Below the pieces are notes generated by a model. It was not told where the DNA came from, searched no databases, and saw only the letters and a program-made list of their open reading frames with translations. A stretch of 64,000 nt of DNA from Trypanosoma brucei. Lineage: Eukaryota. The position numbers were made by a program, and so were the translations under genes. Positions 19,562-30,970 of the stretch are shown here, piece after piece. The DNA is taken from positions 1,952,001 to 2,016,000 of the forward strand of contig CP000071.1 of assembly GCA_000002445.1 (NCBI GenBank), read 5' to 3'. Every line of letters starts with the position of its first letter. Position 1 is the stretch's first letter.

Positions 19562-22500
19562 CTACACCATACCGGAAAGAAAACATGGAATCTCCCCAAA
19601 GCATATCGTCGGACCGCAGAAGCCGTCCAATATTTTGAGTGAACCCATTGACGCGGCCGTCGCCTCCGGTGATAATTGAGCACTGGGCTCACTATCTGTA
19701 TCGCTTGCCCCACCGAAGCCAAGGCCAAAGAGGCCCAACTGCTGCTGTTGCTGCCGGTATGCATCCTGGAGCGTCTGCCAGCGGTGTGCCCACTGCCAAA
19801 GCGTCCACGGTATGAAGAACTTGCACATTTCGCGGCATAGTGCCGGGCTCGCTTGAACAGGGACGCGCGCCGGGATCCCCATGTTTCCCCGAAACTGCTG
19901 CTGAAAGTCAATTAATTCCCGAGCCTCCTTCATCACATCCTTGATATGCGACCCCCGCATAAACTCATTTTCAGAATAACTATAAAGGAGCTCAGCCTTG
20001 ATATCCTCCGCATCGAATATCTGCTGCCGCACCGCATTGCGCACCTTCTTACGCATTGACTGCAGCTTCTGTATATGTAACAAAAAATCCTCCACGTCAC
20101 TGGAAGCACTCTCTTTGCGCTCCGGTGGAGATCCTCCAGAAACATTGTTGCCGTTACCCGCGCTCGCGCCGCTGCTGTTGGGCACCGTCAGGGACGTTAG
20201 TCGGACCAATGCGTTGATGGCCCCACTAAAAGGACCACTTGGTTGACCCCGTGGAGACGGACGGTTGATGGGCACCGGGGGAAAGGGTGCAGCCGTTGCC
20301 TCTGCCGTCTGAGGGGTTGCCGCTACTGTAGCGGCAACGGTAGCAACGGAGCTTCCTAAACTAGAGCCAACATCAGAGTCCTTCCAAAAATAGAAGAATA
20401 TCCCCATCGTGCTAGCGTAAACCAGCGGCGATACCCCAACCCCCACCGGTACCGTCAAGGGCTTCGTTATGTCTTTCATTGAAGGGCCATTGCGGAGCGG
20501 CCCACCGTATGCACTAAGAAGAATATGGGGCATGTGATTGTACGTTGCCACGTGGACGTCGCAGGCCTTATCAATACCCTGGAAACCGAAATCGATAGGC
20601 TTCACATCGCTGTTAACTGTTTTCCCTCTTCCAGGACAAGCCCCCGCAGCACCAGCAGCAGCCGGTACTATGAGGGATGGCAATGTAAGACCTGCCAGAG
20701 CTGCCACAACACATTCAACGGATTCCGTCCGGTTTGGCATTGCAACAACAGGGTCTGAGAACTGAAGAAGAAATATTCCATTTCCTCGCTCACAAGAGGA
20801 CATTGCAACATCAGGAAGCACCAAATCACCACCACAGTCGAGGCGTTTCGTTAGTATAGCACCCTGCGTGGAAGTTGTATCCGAGTTGTTGTTCAGGAGT
20901 GCCGCCCCATTAGACGGCGTGCCCTCTTGCCGGGATGTTCCCAATTGCGCTGCACCACGTAAATACGAACTCCACTCCTCCTGCACTTGTTGCTGCTGAA
21001 CTTGATGGGCTTCCCGGTGCGGCTGTGCGGGGGTTGGGGGAACGCCCTTCAATTCCAGCACAATCAGCGGAAAAGTTGGTAACGGTGGGTTATCATCGTG
21101 CAACGCCCCTGAACAAACGTGATTATCCAACTCCATAACGTGAAGCGACATCCGCAACTGCGGTTCATCCAGCGGAATTGATATAAGTCGTCTGTCTCGG
21201 CCCTTACCTCCAGTCAAATATGTTCGTTGCATAAACTCAAGGCAGTACGATGAAGCGTCGTTGGGCGGTCGCACAAGGCGGAGAACGCCCCACTGCCCAA
21301 CAGGGAGTGTATGTTTAGCCTTTGATGTCTGAGGAGGCAGCGACCGCTGCGCAGCAAACAGCTCCCGCATATCAAACCCGAAGGGTAAAAATGTTAACTC
21401 GCAGTAGACACCCTCGCACAGCAGCTTCTCCATACACGCCTCCTGCAGTTTGCCCTCATCACCATAGCATCCGGTAAGATTACGAACACTCTTAACCTCG
21501 TCACCACTGGACATCACCAGTGGAATGGGAGCAACAAGCATAGATGTGCCTTCGCCACTGCCAGAAGCGCTGTTGTTGGAAGTGGTATTGAAACTTCCTG
21601 AGGTGTGAAGAGTTTTGGTGAGTGAATTCCAACAATCCGGAGATTGCTCCAAAGATTTGTCAATGGCGCCTAGCAGTTTACTCACATTAACCACATGCTC
21701 CTTCACGCCCTTGTCGATACCTTCATACTGCTTAACCGCACGAGAATCTGCGGACGCCGGGGTTATAACGTTCTTCACGGTGTCTGCATCGAAACCAACG
21801 GACTCAAGGGCCCAGCGTATGGACTCCGGTCGGAGGAGAATTCCCTCCATCATCTCCAGCTCCAGTGCCACAGCGAGCATCAACTCCTGTCGCATCACCC
21901 GTGCCCACAGCCCTTCCCATATCTCATCACACCTCACAAAGCAAGTCGATTCCCTACGGAGGTGAGACATCTCCTTAGAAAGAAGCAGCTGCATGTTAAA
22001 AATAGATTCCATGCCGTCGTCAAAGTTACTATCAGCCATGGACTGGAGGCTGGTGCCGCTCAATGCCGAGCCGTCGGGTGGAGCGTGCAACTGCTCGTCC
22101 AAGCACTGTTCTAAATCCTCCTGTATCATTGTTCGCTGCCGTATGGCACGAATGCCTTCCAGCAGCAGCAGCTTCTCACCTGCACACTTGGTTACCTCCG
22201 CCGCCAAGTCTTTCAGCCGCTGCTTGATTTCCATAGCGTGCGCATCGCGAAGCACAGGCTGACTGTTCTCCTCGGCGAGTTGGGCATTACAGCACTTCAT
22301 TTTCTCCACAGTAAGCTTCATTTCTTCAATATCCTTCTTTCTGCGTTCGACAACGCTGTTGATGTACTCGGTTTGCTCACGCTTTATATCTTCCTTGACC
22401 CGCTGCAGATAATCATCATGAGCCTGATAGTGGTTCTGCAAGTGACGCTCCGTCAGTTTGGATATTATGTGGTCACGGATCCTAGTTCGCTTTTTCCTAC

Positions 22501-25021
22501 CAAGCGGCAGCAGCCGGAAATTCGACGCTTCTTCCAGTGAATACTCCACCAGAGAACCGTCGCTCGGCCTCGTCGACGAGGTCTCCGATAATAAACCCTC
22601 CGTTCTATCAGTGGAATCTTTGCTGAAGTGCGCAAGCCGGACCTCTTTACACAGTAGCATGTACTCCTCCATAGACTTGCGGTACTTTATGGCCCGCTCC
22701 TCAACGTCAGGGTCCTTAAGATCCTCAAACACAGCAACAAGGTCATCGGTGGCGTTAAGAAAGTTGCGGGACCTCACTGAGGCGTGCCGCAGTTGCTCGG
22801 CAAACTTCAGGGCCCCAAGAGTTTCTTTCGAGGCGCACGGTGACACATGAGCAAGGACGAGCACCCTGCCGTGCTCCAAACACGGCCGCAACAACCGTGT
22901 TAACTTTGAATCACGATAGGGCACGTGGTTAGAATGTTGATAAAGAGCCAGCAGTACCGCAGAGAACGCAGACAGAGATTTGTTTATGTACTGTGCCTCC
23001 CGCAGTTCAGTCCCCTCCACCTTCGATTGCTTAACGCACTCCGAACCAGCTAGGTCAACAACCGCTACGTACGAGTACGCGCTAGTTAGATATGTAGAGC
23101 TTGCTGAGCTGGTGCTATGACCACGAGTGGTAGTATTGGAGCATCCCCCATCAGCCCCTGTCGCTAGGGGGGAGGGAAGAGCTGTGGTAAAGCCGTCGAG
23201 CACCTCTGTCAACTCAAAGTGCAGCTGCAATATAAATATTGCGTGCGAGCGAGAACTTACATCGTTGCACTGATGAGCTTTTGTCACACGGTTGCGCGCT
23301 GCCATTGCATAGCAACGGTGGAAATCCGAGACAGAGTTGATACGTACTCCACCCCCTACTCGTGATGCACCGTCGTTCCCTTCTGCATCGGGACAACCGC
23401 CCCCATATCCCCCTCTACGCCCCGCATAGAATGCGGGTTCGTTGAGTTTCTGACAAAAAGCATCCAGCCCCGCAATATCCCCCAAAATGGGTATACGACG
23501 CTTCGTTGGATGGAGTAAGTCACGGAATTCATCCAAATACAACTCTACACCATAGAACGTTAAATCCTTCAATGTAAGCAGGGAGCCATGGGCACTTTTA
23601 TCGACGGATTTCTCCCGAAACGTTCCCGTGGGATTGGTGGCACGTTTGGTCACAAAGGGATGTTTGGCCATCAGTCCCTCATTTCGGTCAATTTGCACCA
23701 CGGAACCGCATCGATCAAGCAAAGAAAGCACAAGCCGAGGCAGCAATCCGATGCCCTCACTACAGACAAACTCCCTTCCACCTCCCTCTCCGGCCCCCTT
23801 CCCACAACTTGTAGCTTCCCCGAAACTGGCAAAGTTCTTTGGGCGATGGCTAGTTTGGGGACTGAGTTCACGAACATTCGAAGAGTCTACCTCCGCCTGG
23901 GATGAACTCGATAACTGTGAGCTTGCTGTTCCTTCACCTACGCACTCCAACCCGAGTGCCTTGCTCGTGATACGCTGTGAAGATACATCAACAGAGGTGG
24001 GGGTGCTGCTTGCATCCAACCTAGTGGTACCCGTTGGACGGCCGCCAGAGTAAGCCGATGCACTTGGTCTCGGTGTCGATTTCACGTCACGCCCAGAAAG
24101 TGGCAACAGTGGCTTCTTCACCGTACGTGCCGTCCGCTGCTTCCCTAATGGAGACACAGCTGAGCGCAGAGGCGAGGGAGATGGCCGTTTCCCTGATGCA
24201 CTTCCTATGACGCTATACGTTTTTCCGCTACCAGTAGGGCCGTAGCACACAATAGAAATGTTTTGCGCAAGGAGAGCCATGTCAACAAACTCAAGCACAC
24301 TCTCCTCAAAAACCTCTTCCTGTGTGGATTCCTCATTGTGGATGAAATCGAACCTAAAATGGTCCTCTCGGGCGGCACGGGCGCTACGGTGCATCGAAAC
24401 ATCCGGCGTAACAGCCCTTCGGGTAGGCTGCGCGGTGGAGAAGGTAAAGCCACTGATGTTGTGAAAGCTGGGAACTGGACTGTTGCACTCCACACCGCGG
24501 GCCCTGTCAGCCGCCAACTGCTCGTCCGACAGCAGCTCTACTGGAGTGCTCAGTGACATGGGCGGCAGTAGCCAAGGGGAAGTCCTCGGTCGAGAAGGTG
24601 ACTTCTGGACTTGATCACAGCTCTTCAGAAAGCGTGGCGGACGGTGCTGGGTTCGTTTCGGTGTGCACGGCGTCGATCGACATCGTGAACCGAACAGTAC
24701 ACAGGGTGATGTTGGCGTGCCTTCCATCGATCCTACAGTTCGGGTCGGTGATATGACGGTTCGACCATATAGAGGCTCCCGTACTGACTTGCCAATGCTT
24801 ACAACAATATTCTGCTGATCGAGACACCACACGCAGCGTTTTTCGTTCGATTCCCCTAAATACTCCAAAACAGGCCGGGTGCGAACGTGCATTACCGGTT
24901 CAACTATCCGACGCTGCTTTCCCTCGGTACCATATCGTCCCCGGTTAAACTCCCGGGGAGTCACGGCGACGCTGCTGGGTGCTGCCGCGGAGTCGTCAGT
25001 CGTATTAGCTCCACGTCGCAT
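19562..25021 (-). CDS. Kinesin-like protein (1819 aa); N-terminal motor domain interrupted by several large insertions, long tail
   Basis: Motor motifs HVRTRP (beta1), FRFDFIHNEESTQEEVFE, P-loop YGPTGSGKTYSV (~res 260), switch I SSRSHAIF (~590), switch II VDLAGSE (~657), INKSLSAF, VPYRDSKLTRLL. The spacing is far larger than in canonical motors. Confidence 0.85.
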   Translation of the reverse strand: MRRGANTTDDSAAAPSSVAVTPREFNRGRYGTEGKQRRIVEPVMHVRTRPVLEYLGESNEKRCVWCLDQQNIVVSIGKSVREPLYGRTVISPTRTVGSMEGTPTSPCVLFGSRCRSTPCTPKRTQHRPPRFLKSCDQVQKSPSRPRTSPWLLPPMSLSTPVELLSDEQLAADRARGVECNSPVPSFHNISGFTFSTAQPTRRAVTPDVSMHRSARAAREDHFRFDFIHNEESTQEEVFEESVLEFVDMALLAQNISIVCYGPTGSGKTYSVIGSASGKRPSPSPLRSAVSPLGKQRTARTVKKPLLPLSGRDVKSTPRPSASAYSGGRPTGTTRLDASSTPTSVDVSSQRITSKALGLECVGEGTASSQLSSSSQAEVDSSNVRELSPQTSHRPKNFASFGEATSCGKGAGEGGGREFVCSEGIGLLPRLVLSLLDRCGSVVQIDRNEGLMAKHPFVTKRATNPTGTFREKSVDKSAHGSLLTLKDLTFYGVELYLDEFRDLLHPTKRRIPILGDIAGLDAFCQKLNEPAFYAGRRGGYGGGCPDAEGNDGASRVGGGVRINSVSDFHRCYAMAARNRVTKAHQCNDVSSRSHAIFILQLHFELTEVLDGFTTALPSPLATGADGGCSNTTTRGHSTSSASSTYLTSAYSYVAVVDLAGSECVKQSKVEGTELREAQYINKSLSAFSAVLLALYQHSNHVPYRDSKLTRLLRPCLEHGRVLVLAHVSPCASKETLGALKFAEQLRHASVRSRNFLNATDDLVAVFEDLKDPDVEERAIKYRKSMEEYMLLCKEVRLAHFSKDSTDRTEGLLSETSSTRPSDGSLVEYSLEEASNFRLLPLGRKKRTRIRDHIISKLTERHLQNHYQAHDDYLQRVKEDIKREQTEYINSVVERRKKDIEEMKLTVEKMKCCNAQLAEENSQPVLRDAHAMEIKQRLKDLAAEVTKCAGEKLLLLEGIRAIRQRTMIQEDLEQCLDEQLHAPPDGSALSGTSLQSMADSNFDDGMESIFNMQLLLSKEMSHLRRESTCFVRCDEIWEGLWARVMRQELMLAVALELEMMEGILLRPESIRWALESVGFDADTVKNVITPASADSRAVKQYEGIDKGVKEHVVNVSKLLGAIDKSLEQSPDCWNSLTKTLHTSGSFNTTSNNSASGSGEGTSMLVAPIPLVMSSGDEVKSVRNLTGCYGDEGKLQEACMEKLLCEGVYCELTFLPFGFDMRELFAAQRSLPPQTSKAKHTLPVGQWGVLRLVRPPNDASSYCLEFMQRTYLTGGKGRDRRLISIPLDEPQLRMSLHVMELDNHVCSGALHDDNPPLPTFPLIVLELKGVPPTPAQPHREAHQVQQQQVQEEWSSYLRGAAQLGTSRQEGTPSNGAALLNNNSDTTSTQGAILTKRLDCGGDLVLPDVAMSSCERGNGIFLLQFSDPVVAMPNRTESVECVVAALAGLTLPSLIVPAAAGAAGACPGRGKTVNSDVKPIDFGFQGIDKACDVHVATYNHMPHILLSAYGGPLRNGPSMKDITKPLTVPVGVGVSPLVYASTMGIFFYFWKDSDVGSSLGSSVATVAATVAATPQTAEATAAPFPPVPINRPSPRGQPSGPFSGAINALVRLTSLTVPNSSGASAGNGNNVSGGSPPERKESASSDVEDFLLHIQKLQSMRKKVRNAVRQQIFDAEDIKAELLYSYSENEFMRGSHIKDVMKEARELIDFQQQFRGNMGIPARVPVQASPALCREMCKFFIPWTLWQWAHRWQTLQDAYRQQQQQLGLFGLGFGGASDTDSEPSAQLSPEATAASMGSLKILDGFCGPTICFGEIPCFLSGMV

Positions 25022-25495
25022 ATATGTTGATGACTACCTGGTTCCGGCGGTGGAAAAAAGAATATTAGTAAAAAAAAGTACATATGCTTATAGGTGGCGA
25101 CGACTAGCAGCAATAGTGACGAGGAAGGTGCAAAAATTGCTCGCCCCACTCACTTACAAAAAACGAGTACAAAACCTTTGTCTCCAACGGCTTCGAGTTC
25201 CCAAATGCCAAAAAAAAAAAAAAGATCCCCTTACATCCCCTCAAACGGTCACATGTCACAGAAATGTGTAATATATGCATATACATATATTTGCTGAAAC
25301 CAACACAATGAAAAGGGGGAAGCGGTGTATAATTTTCGCGACAGTTGTGGGTGTGTGAGCATGTAAATGGAGTCGCTGTCTCCTGTTGAAAGGGGGGAAA
25401 TTTGTATCAAATTTCAAGTGGGGAGGAAACAAGCCACAAACACGCCGGTGTGAGGATGAAACCAGAAGCTTAACCAGAAACAAAAAAACGAGGGA

Positions 25496-25517
25496 ATATA
25501 TATATATATATATATAT
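25496..25517. repeat. (AT)11 microsatellite
   Basis: 'atatatatatatatatatatat' is visible in the intergenic region between the kinesin and MLH1. Confidence 0.85.
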
Positions 25518-26049
25518 GTATACAGAGGGGTGGTGGGGAAATTGCTGCCACTTAATAGTGAAAGCAATACACTAAACTTAATGCTGCATTACGAAGGTGC
25601 GCTGCAAAAGAAAGAAAATACGCGTGATGACAAGAAAAAATAGTAAAAGAAACTCAGCATAGAATAAAGGTATGACAGGAGGGAAAACGTGTAAAAAAGA
25701 GAACCCGAAAGCAGGAGTGGGGGAAGAAAGCACACGAGGTTTACTCGGTCTGTTGGTGTGCATTGAGCACAATTATTCATTTCCCGCCCCTTGGTAACCT
25801 TCGGTTCCACTATCCCTTTCTTCTGAAGACGCGCATCCCGCCCTTCTCTTGAGCATAGTAACTTTCCACACCAACCCGGGTAACGAGGTCTTGAAGAGTT
25901 CAATGTTAACCACGACAGAAAGAAGAGGATATATAAGCCCAAAATGCACCGCAATTAAGCGCTTTTCAACGACAGAAAAGTAAAATGAACCAACAAGTGA
26001 AAGTCAAAAAAAGAAAACTAAGAAAAAGAAAAGAGGGAAAACGAAAAGC

Positions 26050-28716
26050 TCAGCAACGCTCGAAGACCTTGTACAGCTCATCCACAGAAACTACCGCCTG
26101 CACGGTTCCGTCGACCAGCGCGTCACACGGAGGCACAAAGAAGGTTGAGTTCGTCGCGCACGGCAAAAGGCCAAAGCGAATGGCATCACAAAATGGAGGA
26201 ACATCATCTTGCCGAATACCATCCTTTATTACATTCGGCAGCCACGAGCTGTGCAGCTGCACACCATACAATGTCTCTGCAATGTGCCGAGCTATGGCAG
26301 TGAAACACTCAATCTCCCCGGCATTATACGGAACTTCTGCTGCAAGCCGCCATATAAAAAGAGGCACAGCCCGAAGCGGGGGTGGCCACGAAGTGCCCAT
26401 AGAAAGTGGAAGCGCGATCAGGTGGCCATCAGCACTGATTTCCACGGCAAAGTAATCCTGCAACATGTAACGCCAGTTGCAGAGGCGGCGCCCCAAGCGA
26501 GACAGAAGAGAACCCGGTCCTCCGTCAGCGCGCTTTTGTGAAGGTGGAAGCTGAACGTCATTCTGTAGTGCAAAGGAAAGCAAATCTGACAAGTGTATAG
26601 GCTCCTCAAACGACAACTGAGGCACAGCAGAGAGAGAGGGGGTGGCCCACCGAAGGAAAATTCGCTGATACACGACGTGCCGGACGAGCCGTAGGGAATC
26701 AACAACGTAAAGTGTCGTACCCGATTGGGCGAAGAAGAGGTGCCCCTTAAGAACACCAACGTAGGCCAAATTCTGAAAAAGGGATTGAGCAGTTTGTGAT
26801 GTACCCGCGCGAATGTTCGATACAATGGTCGACACACTAGTGAGCAAAAGAAATCCCGCCTCCTCCTGGCTCCCAGCCGAATCAGCGCCCTCCACCATGC
26901 GCACAGCGGCATCCCCCGTCGATGCAGCCGCCTTGTTATCTTCAGCGGCGATATAATCCGACGCGCCGCACCCCACGCCCACCCCTGCGGTATCTATTAC
27001 AGAACTCACCACATCCTGAACCTCTTTTCTATGCTTCTTGAAATGCTCTATTGTGTACTCCACTTCTTCACCATCCTCATCGGTGGTATCTAACAGCAAA
27101 ACTGGGGTCATGGAAAGAGTCCCAGTGCTTTGGTTTTCCGACCAGCCCCTGGCCCCACTCCCGCTGCTGGCTTCGGCATCAGTCACGGTGGTTACTGCAG
27201 GGCTGGATGATGCAGCACACGTCAAACCCGAGGGAGCCTTACCATCATCGGCGGTTCTCGCAACCTGAAAATTTCCCCCAGTAGCTGTATCTTGAGATTC
27301 CATGGACGACCCAGTACCCGCACTGCGGACCTGTGCGTCACCGCCTCCACCTGCGCGCTCCTCAATGGACTCACTACGCAGCGGAGCATCTCCATTGCCC
27401 TCAGCGGTCGGCTTCGGCCGGCGCACGAAGGCGTCGAGCGCGCCTCGCTGTGGCTCCACCCGCACAAGTGAACAAGGTGCCACAGCAGCCACACCACCAC
27501 GGGCACCAGTGGGTAATGGGTTAAACGGCGAGGTTGAGGAATGAGGCTGCATCGGCTGGTTGGACCGTTGACTCTCCCTATCGCCTAGCATAACCGCCTT
27601 GGAGTGAATCTGCCGAATATCCATCTGCCTGCGAGCCGCAGACGCCTGAAGAGCACCCTGAACGCATTCGGACAGTTGCGATACAATTATTTCTTCATCA
27701 AGAAGACAGACCTCATGTTTTGTTGGGTGAATATTCACGTCCACCCTGTCAGGTGGCACCGTGACGAAGAGGACGGTAAACGGGCGGTTCCCGCGCACCA
27801 ACACACCACTGTACACTGCGTCAAGAGCCCGGCGAATGGCCGTACTGTCCACCAGCCGATTGTTGACGAATACGCAAAGATACGATTTACGGCTAGCGAG
27901 TGTTATATCGCTGGTGTAACCTGTGATAAGGAAACGCCCTTCACCCGATGGTCCAGACGTTGCCAGCACACTCTCTGGCGTGCAGTTATCTTCGCTAGGT
28001 GATTCACCGGTGCAACGAACCTCACACAGGCGGGAAGCGACCTCCCCACCCCAGTGCTGACGGATGTTCGCCAATGTGTTGGAATCCTTGGGGAAACACA
28101 CACAATTCTTTGTAACACCAGCAACACTACCATCGGAGCGACGGCACGAGAACGCGACGCTCGGGAAGGCTAGTGCATAGCGAGAAACCACGTCTTCAAC
28201 ACGGCTACACTCCTCAGAAGGCCGACTGAACGCCCGCCGGCGGACAGCAGCATTGTAAAACATCTTCTCCGCTCGTATACATGTCCCCGGATTTCCGGCA
28301 CATGGCTTCGGTTCCTCCTGCATCCGCCCGTCGACATAGTGGCAGCGCCACGCGACGGTGTCATTGTGGCGCATCGTGGTCACAGTTACTCGTGCCACGT
28401 ATGAAATCGAGCACAGTGCCTCACCACGGAACCCAAAAGAACGAATGTTATTCAGTTCATCAAAAGCGCGTAACTTGCTTGTGGCGTAACGTTCGCACAG
28501 CAATGGGAGATCACCAAAACGTATACCATGACCATCGTCTGTAACCTGCAGCAATTCTAAGCCACCATCCTGAACAACCACCTGAATGCACGTACTACCC
28601 GCATCCAGGGAGTTTTCCAATAACTCCTTCAGTGCAGCACTTGGACGCTGAACCACTTCGCCAGCGGCAATACGGTTGATAACATCTTCTGGTAGCCGCT
28701 CAATACCCCTCATCAA
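26050..28716 (-). CDS. MLH1: DNA mismatch repair protein MLH1 (MutL homolog) (888 aa)
   Basis: N-terminal GHKL ATPase region [38 protein letters not shown]...DDGHGI...CERYATSKL...FGFRGEAL is nearly collinear with human MLH1 ([28 protein letters not shown]...). Length and C-terminal dimerisation region are consistent. Confidence 0.9.
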   Translation of the reverse strand: [888 protein letters not shown]

Positions 28717-29256
28717 AAATTTTTTATTTCCCTTAAAACGAAAAGTAGGGGGAGAATACCGGAAATATATATATATATATGTAGATAGATGTAAATGTGT
28801 GAAAGAGCGGTTCGAACGAAGACAAACACGGTGGTGAATGTAACAATAACGTCAATGCGCAGTTTTTAAAGTGTATAATGGAACAAATAGAGGTCGGAAG
28901 GACACAAATTGCGCCGCATCGTGCTACATTGAAATACGCACACCAACTGAACGGCAACACTTACGAGCGCGAACATTATGTCCGAATTATCCTGCCACCG
29001 TGTGCCGTTTGCCATCCTCAGTTAAAAAGCCTTCACTAGCTGTATGTCGGAAACCATGCACGGCCGCGCTCCATTCCAGTGAGACATGTATCAGGAAGCG
29101 AGTAGTAACCAACAGTAAAATGAAGAGCACGGTCTCTCTCGTTGCGTAACATTCTGCAGGTAGGATAAAATGCATACCCATATCTAAGAAGGTACCACCC
29201 ACCAAAGTTAAAAAATCAGTGAGCGCACGATTGCCACCAGACAAACGAGCACTGGC

Positions 29257-30117
29257 CTATCGGAACATCCTTCCAACACAGTAAAGCAGAAATTGATGGA
29301 GACCAATCTTCTCACAGTGTCCAGTCGTGATGCTCCTGAAGAGCTGCATTCCCGATTCGATATCTGGGACGTCACCGATTCTGACCGCCAGCTTGGAAAA
29401 GTCATCTGCATCCAGAAAACCGTCCCTGTCCCTGTCATACAGGCGAAACTGCATCATCACACAGTTATACTGCTGTTGAGACATTCCATAGAGCACACTA
29501 GGATCGGGACGGTTTTTGCTTAACCATGAAAGAAATTCTTCAAGACACAGCGTACCAGTTCCGTCTTCATCCATCTCGCGAAACATTCGGTCGATGTCAT
29601 CGTCAGTCCTAGCGAAGTTCAACCACCTGGCAAGGCGCCCCATCTCTTCACGACACAGATGCCCGCTCTCATCGCTATCAAAGAAGACAAACAATGCTAC
29701 GATGGAGTCGTATTCCTCTTGCGTGAGGCCGTACCGAAGCCACGGCGTATCTGCAACAGATTGTTGTCTCGACCCTTGACATGTAGACTGCGCATTCGTT
29801 GTAGATGGCGCTTCGGTACTGCCCGACCAACTGGCAGTGGGGCAAGTGTGTGAATCACTTCCTTCACGTCTGCCGGTCCAACCGCACGACGAACAGCGCA
29901 CAGGCAGGTTTTGCGCGAGGTTCACTAGGCTCCTGTGCGGCTGCTTTGTGCAATTTACAGGGGCACGGCACACGGGACACACCCTTGGGGCTCCAATGCA
30001 CTCTTGGCAAAAAATGTGACCACACGGTTGCAACTCCACGGGTTTTTTCCAGGAATCCAAACAAAGTGCGCAGCAGAGCTCGTCAGGGCAGTTAGTTGCC
30101 AGCATAAATGAAGTCAT
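29257..30117 (-). CDS. RING-finger (C3HC4) protein with three EF-hand Ca2+-binding loops (286 aa)
   Basis: RING: CALCLDSWKKPVELQPCGHIFCQECI...CPVCR. EF-hand loops: DSDESGHLCREE, DEDGTGTLCLEE, DRDRDGFLDADD. Confidence 0.75.
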   Translation of the reverse strand: MTSFMLATNCPDELCCALCLDSWKKPVELQPCGHIFCQECIGAPRVCPVCRAPVNCTKQPHRSLVNLAQNLPVRCSSCGWTGRREGSDSHTCPTASWSGSTEAPSTTNAQSTCQGSRQQSVADTPWLRYGLTQEEYDSIVALFVFFDSDESGHLCREEMGRLARWLNFARTDDDIDRMFREMDEDGTGTLCLEEFLSWLSKNRPDPSVLYGMSQQQYNCVMMQFRLYDRDRDGFLDADDFSKLAVRIGDVPDIESGMQLFRSITTGHCEKIGLHQFLLYCVGRMFR

Positions 30118-30970
30118 CGCTGCTCCCTGTAGCGAACAAATGGAGGGAAAACGAGACTCTTACAGGTTGGGGAGTGAATTTCCGCAAAGGAGTAAAAAAA
30201 AACACTTAGGTTACCAAACCGCAGGGGTTCGGCGTCATCAAGATAGAGGGTTTGATTGCAAAACAGTCTTTCCCCATGAGATCCAAGAGGCCATTCACCA
30301 CATCCAAGGCATTACAAAGTCCAACGAACACACCGTGAGGGCATGCAAGTGAGTCGAAGGTTGCCCAATCACCTGAGTTTCACCAAAGTCTCAAACGACG
30401 CCAGGGTCCCACCAGGCCTACGCGCTGACTGTTTGCACCACAGTACCGCACCCACATAACGTGTGCAGAGCACCTTTAAATTGAGCGAGTCCATCTGTTC
30501 AGCACTGCCGCCGGCCCCAACGGAGTGCGGCACGTAACCCACATTTAGGAAAAGTACTTCGAATCCTTGGATGGGGGATAGGCATGAGCAAGCACCCTCT
30601 CTCTTACTCTTTGCGGGGTTTCCCCTTGATCCACGTAAACCCGCCACCTAACTCTATTTCCACTGAGCCCCCCACCCTCCTCAGTTATTGAAGCACCGAA
30701 CATCCCACGGCAGAGGATCCCAGAGTTCATGGCCGGTAAATCAAAAGAGAGAGAGGGTAAATGATCTAAAAAGTGCCGTGACAGTGTAGGAGCGCAAAGA
30801 AAGTAAAGCACAACATTAAAACAATGTAACAAAAAACGGACAGTAGATAGCGAGCTGTACGATAAAGAAAAACACCCCAGCAGTGCTACACACCGAGGAA
30901 CACAACACGATGCTTCACTGTGGATCCACCATTGTCCAATCTTAGCAGCCTCCCTCAACCCCGGCAGATG

